From: an uncultured Candidatus Saccharibacteria bacterium
GTDB taxonomy: Bacteria > Patescibacteriota > Minisyncoccia > Phycocordibacterales > UBA2135
DNA length: 56,257 nt
Assembly (NCBI GenBank): GCA_964348495.1
Contig: CAYGCZ010000004.1
Coordinates: forward strand, 1-56,257
Direction of reading: 5' to 3'
Under the pieces are notes generated by a model. That model did no database searches and was not told the DNA's origin. It saw only the letters and a program-made list of their open reading frames with translations. How positions within the stretch are numbered: position 1 is the stretch's first letter; the number at the start of each line of letters is the position of its first letter. Shown in pieces: positions 46,200 through 54,004 of this stretch. The position numbers and the translations under genes were made by a program.

Positions 46200-47720
46200 C
46201 TAGGCCGTACGAGATGACCTGCCGCGAGCAACCGCGAACAGGCCGAAAATGACAAAAAAGAATACCGAGAGGGAACTTCCATGCCCCTCCGTTTTTGTAT
46301 CCTCCGGTACCGGACTTTTTTCCGGTTCCGGTTTTACAACAGGCTTCGGCTGTGGTTCCGCCACCGGCTCCGGTTCCAAAATCGGCTCCGGCTCCACTAC
46401 CGGCGGTTGCGGGACAACCACAGGCCGTGGTTGAACAACCGGTAGTGGTGGGATAACCACCGGCTGTGGCTCCACGGCCGGAGGGGTAACAGGGGCGGGT
46501 TCTTCCTTGGGGGGCTCTTCCTTCGGCGCCGGAGTCTTAACGATCTCCGGCTCCGGTTCGGGAACCGGCGCAACTTCAGGCACCGGTTCCTCCACAGGTT
46601 CCTCCTCTACCGGCAATGGCGGGAGAAGCGCCACCGCCCCCACAACTTCGTCCGCCCGGACCATCCCTGCGCCGAACTGCGCGTCAGGTCCTTCAACACC
46701 TCGATCATCCGCCGTCTCCGTGAGGAGACTTTGGATGATCGGTTGTATTGTGGGGAAGCCGAAGGCGGTGAGACTTTCGCTCAACAGTGCCGCAACCCCC
46801 GCAACATGCGGGGCCGCCATCGAGGTGCCACTCATCGTGGCACACTTTCCATCCAAGACCGACGAGGTGATGTTCACCCCGGGTGCCGTCACGGTGGGCG
46901 ACCCTTCCTGGTAGGAAGCGATCAGGGTTTCCGTACCACCTTTCTTGGAGGCGGCGACCGAGGTGATGAAGGGAAACTTGGCAGGATAGCCAAGAACTTC
47001 CTTGTTGCCGGCAGAGGCGATAAGAGTAATCCCTTGCTCCTCTACCAGCTTTCTCAACTCCTCTTCAACCAGTGCGCCGGGGTGTTCTTGCGAGCCCCAG
47101 CTCATGTTGATGATCTTCGCACCTTGGGCGACGGCCCATGTGATACCCTTAACGCCGTCACTCCACCATCCGCTTCCTGTGCTGTTCAGCACGGTTACGG
47201 CGAGAAGAGAGGCACTCGGCGCGACATGATGCAGAATACCTGCAACATGTGTTCCATGCGCTCCGAGGAGCGCAGCGTCCTCTTCAGGTTGCAGAAACGT
47301 CGCCTCTGCGACACACGCACCGTCCAGGTGCCAGTGTGCGCAGTCGACCTTATTATCTGTGACGGCGACTTTTACGCCGCCACCCAAATACCCTAATCCT
47401 TGGGCAATGTCCCCATGAATTTCCTGCAATGCCCAATTGCTTGAGCACACAGGATTTTCTTCATGGATAACCTCCGCATCCGTAAGGGACACGACCACAT
47501 CTTCTTCGACGACGTAGCCCGCCCTCCTTTTCTCCTCAATCTCTTTCTCCGTCAAGGAGGCAGAGATGAGATTGTCAGAAGCGGCGCCTACGCGCAACGA
47601 GGCGAAAAAGCCTCGCTCGGGTGCCTTCATAATCACCCTGGTTTTTTGATCGGCATACGCCGAAGAAAAGACCAAAAAAGTGATTACGACCGCCAAAAAA
47701 CCTCTTAAAAAACTACCCAT
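46200..47720 (-). CDS. S8 subtilisin-like serine peptidase with Pro/Glu-rich stalk and C-terminal anchor
   Basis: Signal peptide; VAVTD, HGTHVAG, INMSWG, SAGN, SGTSMAAPHVAG; GGAGGT RBS. Confidence 0.92.
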   Translation of the reverse strand: MGSFLRGFLAVVITFLVFSSAYADQKTRVIMKAPERGFFASLRVGAASDNLISASLTEKEIEEKRRAGYVVEEDVVVSLTDAEVIHEENPVCSSNWALQEIHGDIAQGLGYLGGGVKVAVTDNKVDCAHWHLDGACVAEATFLQPEEDAALLGAHGTHVAGILHHVAPSASLLAVTVLNSTGSGWWSDGVKGITWAVAQGAKIINMSWGSQEHPGALVEEELRKLVEEQGITLIASAGNKEVLGYPAKFPFITSVAASKKGGTETLIASYQEGSPTVTAPGVNITSSVLDGKCATMSGTSMAAPHVAGVAALLSESLTAFGFPTIQPIIQSLLTETADDRGVEGPDAQFGAGMVRADEVVGAVALLPPLPVEEEPVEEPVPEVAPVPEPEPEIVKTPAPKEEPPKEEPAPVTPPAVEPQPVVIPPLPVVQPRPVVVPQPPVVEPEPILEPEPVAEPQPKPVVKPEPEKSPVPEDTKTEGHGSSLSVFFFVIFGLFAVARGRSSRTA

Positions 47721-47763
47721 CTCACACCTCCAAAAATTGAATTTTCAAAATCCTACTGCCACC

Positions 47764-47793
47764 AGTATATCACACAAAATATTGATTTGTCAA
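47764..47793 (-). promoter_or_regulatory. sigma70-like promoter of the S8 peptidase
   Basis: TTGACA-N18-TATACT on the minus strand. Confidence 0.6.
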
Positions 47794-47811
47794 TACCCCC
47801 TTATGGGCAAA

Positions 47812-47849
47812 AAATAAACAACCCCGCGGCAGAGCCGACGGGGTATTGA
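47812..47849 (+). repeat. 38-bp palindromic repeat, IS200/IS605-end-like (copy 1)
   Basis: aaataaacaaccccgcggcagagccgacggggtattga, identical to 56203..56240. Confidence 0.8.
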
Positions 47850-47999
47850 GGGATTCAACAAAAAATGCGCATCGTCCTTGGTGGTTAAGGACCGCACTAT
47901 GTATCTTGGGTTATGCAAACTCACCCGGAATGGTTTGAGGTGCCGAAACCAAAGTCAGGCAAGGGTAAAAACGAGGTAGATTATTCCACCCTCCACCTT

Positions 48000-49121
48000 T
48001 CAGAAGACATGGATGTATCTACGATATACGAAACTCTTTTCTTGCCCTTCGGTCGCCGGCATCTCCAATATTCCGAGCCCTACGAAGCGATTGAGCAATT
48101 TAAGCGCGCCGGCACGAGAAAAGCCGGTCCATTCCATCACCATAGATGCGGTCACGACCGGTTCTCTGAACAGGTGCGACAAGACGAGGACACCGCTTTC
48201 AGATTCACGTTTTGCAAGCGCTTGGATTTTTGCCATGTCCTCATCACGGATCTTACGAATTTGCTTTGAGACTTCGATTGATTCGTCAGCAGTCTCAATA
48301 ACCCCATCCAAAAAGAAGTCGAGCCATGCATGAACTTCTCCATCGTGATAATTATTGAGGCGCGCATAGTATGTTTTTTGATGTTTTCTAAAATAGGATG
48401 AGAGGAAAAGCACAGGCCTTTCAAGCAAGCTTCTGTGGCACAAAAGCATGGTGATGATAAGTCGTCCGGTACGGCCATTGCCGTCGAGAAACGGGTGTAT
48501 GGTCTCAAACTGCGCGTGAGCAAGGGCAATATGAATAAGTGGCAAAACACGTGCCTCATTATGCAGAAATTTCTCAAAATCACTCAAGGCTTCATTCATT
48601 TCATGAACAGGGGGCGGCACAAAGAGAGCGTTGGCAGGTGCAGTCCCACCGATCCAATTTTGAGATTTTCTAAATTCACCAGGGTCGGCAAAGTGCGTTG
48701 CGCGAGCGCCGGTCATTAATTTGTTGTGCACTTCACGTATCAAGCGTGAAGAAAAGGAGAGGGTCTTAAGACGCTTGGTTCCATATTCAAGCGCTTGTAT
48801 GTAATACAAGATATCATCAGCGTCTGTTTCTTTTGACGCTACGCCCGCACTCTTTTCAAGAGCATCCATCATGGTTGCACGCGTGCCCTCAATTTGAGCA
48901 GAAGACTCTGCGTCTTTGGCAACAAACATGTGCAGAAAAAAATCCACATCAGGAAGTGTGTGAGTAATACCATCAAGCTTCCCCACAAGCCGATCTGCCT
49001 CGGCAGCTTTAATAAGAATACTTTGTGGCAGATTGAAAAGCTCTTTCGGTGGAAAGGGGTACGGCACGAAGGCGGAAAATCCTTCGGATTGTTTTACGTT
49101 TCTTCCTATTTCGATAGCCAT
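48000..49121 (-). CDS. Fic family protein
   Basis: HPFLDGNGRTGR Fic motif; ESSAQIEG; probable C-terminal HTH. Confidence 0.93.
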   Translation of the reverse strand: MAIEIGRNVKQSEGFSAFVPYPFPPKELFNLPQSILIKAAEADRLVGKLDGITHTLPDVDFFLHMFVAKDAESSAQIEGTRATMMDALEKSAGVASKETDADDILYYIQALEYGTKRLKTLSFSSRLIREVHNKLMTGARATHFADPGEFRKSQNWIGGTAPANALFVPPPVHEMNEALSDFEKFLHNEARVLPLIHIALAHAQFETIHPFLDGNGRTGRLIITMLLCHRSLLERPVLFLSSYFRKHQKTYYARLNNYHDGEVHAWLDFFLDGVIETADESIEVSKQIRKIRDEDMAKIQALAKRESESGVLVLSHLFREPVVTASMVMEWTGFSRAGALKLLNRFVGLGILEMPATEGQEKSFVYRRYIHVF

Positions 49122-49129
49122 ATAATGTA

Positions 49130-49201
49130 AGTTAGTTTATCGGCAGGTCTTATCGGTAAACTAACTAATAAGATAGTATACTAACAAATATGACTTGTCA
49201 A
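49130..49201 (-). promoter_or_regulatory. fic promoter with downstream operator-like inverted repeat
   Basis: TTGACA(49201-196)-N17-TACTAT(49178-173); agttagtttatcg/cggtaaactaact IR at 49130..49166. Confidence 0.55.
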
Positions 49202-49222
49202 CTACCTTTTAACAGTAGCCGT

Positions 49223-49389
49223 GGAGACGGAGGGATTCGGTCAGCTTCGTTGGATATTTTTGTTCGCTTCGCTCCAAAAATATCTCAACTACCCGACCCG
49301 CGCTCGTCGCGGTCCTCGGCTTCCACTCCGTTACAGCCTGCGGGCTTCGCCGCGACTTCGGTTCGAATCCCTCCGTCTCTCGCAATAGC
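49223..49389. repeat. structured element bounded by tRNA-Ser 3'-end copies (direct and inverted)
   Basis: ggagacggagggattcg at 49223; ggttcgaatccctccgtctc at 49360; internal hairpins. Confidence 0.75.
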
Positions 49390-49427
49390 AAACGGCCGAA
49401 AAGCATTCGCTTTTCGGCCGGCTATTG

Positions 49428-49512
49428 CGGAGACGGAGGGATTCGAACCCTCGAGGGCTTTCACCCTGCCGCCTTTCCAAGGCGGTGCACTCGACCACTA
49501 TGCGACGTCTCC
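49428..49512 (-). tRNA. tRNA-Ser(GGA)
   Basis: GGAGACG/CGTCTCC acceptor stem, anticodon arm CCGCC-TTGGAAA-GGCGG, long variable arm, GGTTCGAATCC; CCA not encoded. Confidence 0.95.
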
Positions 49513-49523
49513 GTATACTATGT

Positions 49524-49612
49524 TTTCAATCCTGCCGCCTTTCTCCGCCCGCGGGCGGATCCGCCTTGCGAGGCGGACAAGTGCGGGCACTCGACCACTA
49601 TGCGACCTCTCC
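49524..49612 (-). pseudogene. truncated tRNA-Ser copy with two hairpins inserted in the anticodon
   Basis: GGAGAGGTCGCATAGTGGTCGAGTGC...TTG[34-nt insert]GAAAGGCGGCAGG; no T-arm. Confidence 0.75.
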
Positions 49613-49636
49613 GTGCGTGCGTACACAATACCAAAC

Positions 49637-49666
49637 AAAAAAGGGGCGGTCTAGATTGACCGCCCC
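49637..49666 (-). terminator. intrinsic terminator
   Basis: ggggcggtc/gaccgcccc stem plus T6 on the minus strand after the stop at 49673. Confidence 0.75.
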
Positions 49667-49672
49667 CATATC

Positions 49673-50335
49673 TCATTTATATCTCCCTCCTCTCCCTTCT
49701 ACGGGGTGGGCCGCCTCTTTGCCGCATATTGTCGCGGCGAAGAAGTCGGCCACCACGTCGCTATCCTTCGTGACGCACAACCGCGCCACTTCATTCCCCA
49801 TGAGAATGGGGAAGAAGGAGGCACACACGAGTGCACACCCTCCGGCGGCTCCAGGTTGGCCGATGACTAAAAAGTACAAGACCCCGATCATGGCCGCTGC
49901 GGAACAGAGAACCGCCCCCACACTTAGGGCGGCAAACCTGCGCGTACGCGAGGCATGTCCGCAATGAACATGGCCGAGTTCGTGCGCAATCACCGCACCG
50001 ATCTCCTTGCAGGTGGCAGATTCCACCAATCCCTGCTTAAGTTGAATAAGCGCCATGCCTCCCACACGGTCTGAATGGACGAAGGTGTTGAATTCATCAT
50101 CGCCGGTGATGATGAGTTCAACAGTCCCCTTTCTCTCCGGCATAGTCGTGCGGACGATGTCCGCAAACATGCCAAAGATGTCGCCCTGTTGATGCCTCCT
50201 TGTTATATAGGTACTTCCCTGCCTCCTGCTTTTTTCCATCCGCCTCCATGCGGTCAACTCCAAGTATCCGAAGATACCCAGAGAAATGATCGAAAAGCCG
50301 ATAACAAGAGCCGCCAAAATAATCACATATGTCAT
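49673..50335 (-). CDS. short M48/M56-like zinc metalloprotease
   Basis: N-terminal TM, FNTF, AVIAHELGHV (HExxH), VVADFFA; GGAGGT RBS; start at MTYVII. Confidence 0.75.
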   Translation of the reverse strand: MTYVIILAALVIGFSIISLGIFGYLELTAWRRMEKSRRQGSTYITRRHQQGDIFGMFADIVRTTMPERKGTVELIITGDDEFNTFVHSDRVGGMALIQLKQGLVESATCKEIGAVIAHELGHVHCGHASRTRRFAALSVGAVLCSAAAMIGVLYFLVIGQPGAAGGCALVCASFFPILMGNEVARLCVTKDSDVVADFFAATICGKEAAHPVEGRGGRYK

Positions 50336-50433
50336 ACCACCTACCTCCAAAAATTTGATTGTTGAGTGCAAAAAAACCACACTTATTTAAGCATGGTTTA
50401 TGTAAATAGTCAATAAATTCTGAAGAGGACGGC

Positions 50434-51336
50434 TTACCTCCCCTCGCCCCGCAAGGCGGCGATACGCTCCTCAATCGGCGGATGGGTCATGAAGAGTTTG
50501 TGGAAGGCGCGAGCCGCGTGCGCGGGGCCAAAGGGGTTGGCGAGAAAGAGGTGCGCCGTGGCGTGATTGGCGCGCGCCATAGGGCGGCCATAGGCGCCAA
50601 TCTTTTCGAGCGCCGAGGCGAGCCCTTCGGGGTAGCGCGTAAGAAGCGCGCCGGAGGCGTCGGCCAAGAACTCACGTTTGCGCGAGACGGAGAGCTGAAT
50701 GAGCGTCGCGGCGATGGGAGCGAAGATGGCAAGGACGACGCCGATGATGGTCATGAGGAGTTGCGCGCGGTTGTCGCGGTCGCCTCCGCCATGACCGCCA
50801 AACAGGGAGAAACGGAGGAAAAAGTCGGCGAGCAAACTCACAAAGCCGACGAGCACGACGGCGATGGTGGAGACGAGCATGTCGCGATTGCCGATGTGCG
50901 AGAGCTCATGCGCGAGCACGCCCTCAAGCTCGGTGCGATCCAAAATGCCGAGAATACCCGTCGTCACAGCGACCACCGCGTGCTCCCTGTTGCGACCGGT
51001 GGCAAAAGCGTTGGGCGCGGGATCGTTGATGACAAAAACGCGCGGCTTGGGAAGACCCGCCGTAATGGCAAGATTTTCCACGAGGTTGTGCAAGTCGCGG
51101 TACTCGCGCGGGTCGGCCTCGTGCGCCCCGGAGGTGGCGAGGACGATCTTGTCGGAGTACCAATAACTGCCGACGTTCATCACGATGCTGAAGACGACCG
51201 CGCCGTAGAGGATCCCCGAGTTGCCCATCACCTGACTAAAAACAAAACCAATACCGATGACCGCAAGAAAAAATGCCGTCATCAGAATCCATGTCTTTCG
51301 TATGTTCGCCGATTGGTGGGTGTAGAGTGTTGCCAT
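50434..51336 (-). CDS. htpX: zinc metalloprotease HtpX (M48)
   Basis: PAPNAFATG, ELEGVLAHELSH, SRKREFLADA, THPPIEERI. Confidence 0.95.
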   Translation of the reverse strand: MATLYTHQSANIRKTWILMTAFFLAVIGIGFVFSQVMGNSGILYGAVVFSIVMNVGSYWYSDKIVLATSGAHEADPREYRDLHNLVENLAITAGLPKPRVFVINDPAPNAFATGRNREHAVVAVTTGILGILDRTELEGVLAHELSHIGNRDMLVSTIAVVLVGFVSLLADFFLRFSLFGGHGGGDRDNRAQLLMTIIGVVLAIFAPIAATLIQLSVSRKREFLADASGALLTRYPEGLASALEKIGAYGRPMARANHATAHLFLANPFGPAHAARAFHKLFMTHPPIEERIAALRGEGR

Positions 51337-51452
51337 GATTAAAGGGTATAGCCACTAGGGTGTAGGGTTTGGGGGAAACACTAGACCAGTGATGCGCGTA
51401 ATTTATTTAACATTTTCATCACCTCACTGAGAGATGATTCCACTCTTTGAGA

Positions 51453-52019
51453 CTAAAAGGAAACCTTAACCGGCCCTCGCGCCGCCTCCTCCCCTTCCGC
51501 CAATTCAAAGAATTCCATCTTTGTAAATGTGAACGCGGAGGCGATGAGATTGCCCGGGAATGAGTCTACCTTGATATTGAGGTCGCGGACATTGGTATTG
51601 TAGAAGCGGCGGGCGGCTTGGATCTTGTTCTCCGTGTCGGCGAGCTCGCGCTGGAGCTCAACGAAGTTCTGATTGGCCTTCAAATCGGGGTAGCTTTCGG
51701 AGACGGCAAAGAGTGACTTCAACGCGCCGGTGAGCATATTCTCCGCCTGCGCGTGCTCTGCTACCGTGCCGGCATTCATCGCCGCTGTGCGCGCCTCGGT
51801 AACTTTGGCGAGCGTCTCTTTTTCGTGCGCGACATATCCTTTGACCGCCTCGACGAGGTTGGGAATGAGGTCATAGCGGCGCTTCAACTGCACGTCGATG
51901 TCTGCCCATGCCTCCTTGGCGCGGGTGATAAGGGCGACAAAGCCGTTGTAGGCAAAAATGGCCCAGAGGACGACGACGGCGAGGACGATGAGCAATATGG
52001 TAGGAAGTGAAAATGTCAT
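51453..52019 (-). CDS. lemA: LemA family protein
   Basis: AWADIDVQLKRRYDLIPNLVE, YPDLKANQNF, TENKIQAARRFYN, FPGNLIA. Confidence 0.96.
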   Translation of the reverse strand: MTFSLPTILLIVLAVVVLWAIFAYNGFVALITRAKEAWADIDVQLKRRYDLIPNLVEAVKGYVAHEKETLAKVTEARTAAMNAGTVAEHAQAENMLTGALKSLFAVSESYPDLKANQNFVELQRELADTENKIQAARRFYNTNVRDLNIKVDSFPGNLIASAFTFTKMEFFELAEGEEAARGPVKVSF

Positions 52020-52089
52020 AACGAGTGGATTATAGTATGACCCCATACTACCACGCAACCCATGCCACATAAAGCCGAGCGAGCCAGCC

Positions 52090-52311
52090 TTATTTCAAAA
52101 AATCATCAACGGCGACTCCCGCTTGTTTTAACATATGACGAAGTGTTCCTTCGGGCATATCGCCCGCATGACGCGGTATGGTTGTGTATCGTCCGGTCTG
52201 CGTATGGTGCCATATCTCATGACTCCCCCTCGCACTCCGAACGAAAGAAAAGCCAAGCGCAGAGAGACGCTTGGCTATTTCTTTATATCTGAAACCCGAC
52301 AACCTGCCCAT
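52090..52311 (-). CDS. hicA: HicA-family toxin
   Basis: LGFSFVRSARGSHEIW, TIPRH.GDMPEGTLRHMLKQAG. Confidence 0.9.
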   Translation of the reverse strand: MGRLSGFRYKEIAKRLSALGFSFVRSARGSHEIWHHTQTGRYTTIPRHAGDMPEGTLRHMLKQAGVAVDDFLK

Positions 52312-52317
52312 ACAAGA

Positions 52318-52548
52318 CTATGCTGTTACCATCATCGGATAGATGATCTTGTCGCCGCGAGGTGCGACCTTACCCTTCTTCTGTTCGCGCAACAGCGTAG
52401 CGGCGAGATCATGGGCAATCTCCACAGTCTTCTCAAAAGTCTTTGCCTGCGCGACCAAACCCTGCACATCGGGACTGGTGGCAACATAATACCCCTCGGG
52501 CAAACGCTCTATTTCCAATACGACATACCGCGACGATCCCTTTTTCAT
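52318..52548 (-). CDS. hicB: short HicB-like antitoxin
   Basis: IERLPEGYYVATSPDVQGLVAQAKTFEKTVEIAHD. Confidence 0.82.
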   Translation of the reverse strand: MKKGSSRYVVLEIERLPEGYYVATSPDVQGLVAQAKTFEKTVEIAHDLAATLLREQKKGKVAPRGDKIIYPMMVTA

Positions 52549-52582
52549 ATCCTTACGATAGCAAACTATCGCCATGCTTTCA

Positions 52583-52658
52583 ATCACAAAACTATCGAGG
52601 TTAAACCTCAATAATTATTGAAGTCGGACTTCAATAGTTTTTTCGGGCGCAAAAAAGC
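52583..52658 (+). repeat. 76-bp repeat A, copy 1 (double palindrome)
   Basis: gaggttaaacctc and attgaagtcggacttcaat; near-identical to 54801..54876. Confidence 0.88.
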
Positions 52659-52662
52659 TTAA

Positions 52663-53205
52663 TCAATTCAAGATTTTGAATGTTGAGAGGACATGAAGTG
52701 CTTCTGCCTCAGATATTTTGAGTGCCGGATCGTAGAAAAAGTTGATAGTGTAGAGCTTTCCATCTTTTTCAAAAAAGTAGTACGCACCCGGTTCTCGCAG
52801 TGGCTTCTTCAAACCATTCATTCCATTCAAAGTAGTGGGCTCCAATGCGGATAGGTCAGCAATATTTCTGGAAACTTGTCCTCCCGAACGTATTTCCTCC
52901 GCCAAGGTATCAAAAGTACCATCTTCCACAATAATCATCATGAGATAGTCATTAGTTCCAGCAGGAGTGACTTCAATCGGTTCTATGTCAGTGGCATTGA
53001 GAACTTTTTTGTAGTAAACATCAGTCTTATCTTTTGATAGCCACGCCTTCGGATAGGTAATCTCAAAATAGTCATTGCGAAGAGTTGTCATCTCAACTCC
53101 CTTAAATACTTCGTCCGTAGCAATGTAATCTTTTGGTACAAGATGCCACACACCAAATCCCGCCAAGAGTATGAAGAGGACTGTGATGATTGTTTTTTTG
53201 TTCAT
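52663..53205 (-). CDS. membrane-anchored extracellular protein, PsbP/DcrB-like
   Basis: MNKKTII signal anchor, FEITYPKAW, TTLNGMNG, KLYTINF, VLSTFKI. Confidence 0.72.
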   Translation of the reverse strand: MNKKTIITVLFILLAGFGVWHLVPKDYIATDEVFKGVEMTTLRNDYFEITYPKAWLSKDKTDVYYKKVLNATDIEPIEVTPAGTNDYLMMIIVEDGTFDTLAEEIRSGGQVSRNIADLSALEPTTLNGMNGLKKPLREPGAYYFFEKDGKLYTINFFYDPALKISEAEALHVLSTFKILN

Positions 53206-53256
53206 AAATAATTTGTATAAAAAAGAGGAGGCAAGCCCCCTCTTGTTATTGTACAC
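53192..53256 (-). repeat. 65-bp repeat B, copy 1 (leader, hairpin and start)
   Basis: Identical to 55881..55945. Confidence 0.92.
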
Positions 53257-53415
53257 CATCTCAGCCTTGCAATATTTTTCACCCGATGCTATCGTGCTCA
53301 CAACACTAACGGGGGTTGTGTGCGAAACGCTTCGGCGCGGAGTACATGGCCCCCGTTTTTGTTGTTATGTTCCTTTTGTTCTTTAATCCAACCAAACACC
53401 GTAAGGAGGTGTGAG

Positions 53416-53950
53416 ATGAAATCGTTACAAAAAGCCATAGTGTCCTCACTGCTGTTCGTAGTATTCTTTGGTTTCCAAAATGAGTTACGCGACAGATTGG
53501 CACACTCAAAGCCAGACGATGCGGAACCATGATATTCTCTACAAAGCTATGGAATATGTGGGGACTTATGGTGGAGAGTGCAAACCTTGGGTGCAAAACG
53601 TAGTCACCCTTGCTTCAAACGGCGCTGGTATCGTGCCACTGACGACCAATAATGGAGATGGGTACACATGGGAAAATACCCCCGGTCCTGATGCTGGAAA
53701 AGTCTCCGAGGACTTAAACAGTCCCAATGTGCATGTTGGTATGATTGTACAGATGCGTATCCGATACAAAGATGGAAGCTACGTTCCACATACCGCTATT
53801 ATCTACGGAAAAAATAGTACCGGAGTGACGTGGATCGAAAGCAATAAACAAGGTGACGGTATGGTACGTGTTAGCAGCTTTCAAACGTATGCGCAATTTT
53901 ACGCTACACTAGAAACACTTTCTTCGTACTCCATCTATTACATCAAATAG
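53416..53950 (+). pseudogene. secreted CHAP/NlpC-P60-like hydrolase, frameshifted within the signal peptide
   Basis: AGGAGG RBS and MKSLQKAIVSSLLFVVF in one frame; GECKPWVQ, HTAII, WIESN in the +1 frame from 53468. Confidence 0.72.
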
Positions 53951-54004
53951 ATATTCGAGTGTGGTATCATGAGGGATAGTTTTTACTATCCCTCTACTTT
54001 TTAT

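Noticed and set aside
47913..48269. 118-aa plus-strand ORF next to the 38-bp palindrome as a possible transposase
   Set aside because: No HUH or RuvC motif and mostly antisense to fic; at best a short remnant.
49544..49577. Insert in the tRNA copy as a spliceable tRNA intron
   Set aside because: Far too short for group I, the copy lacks a T-arm and 3' acceptor strand, and its anticodon stem is mismatched.
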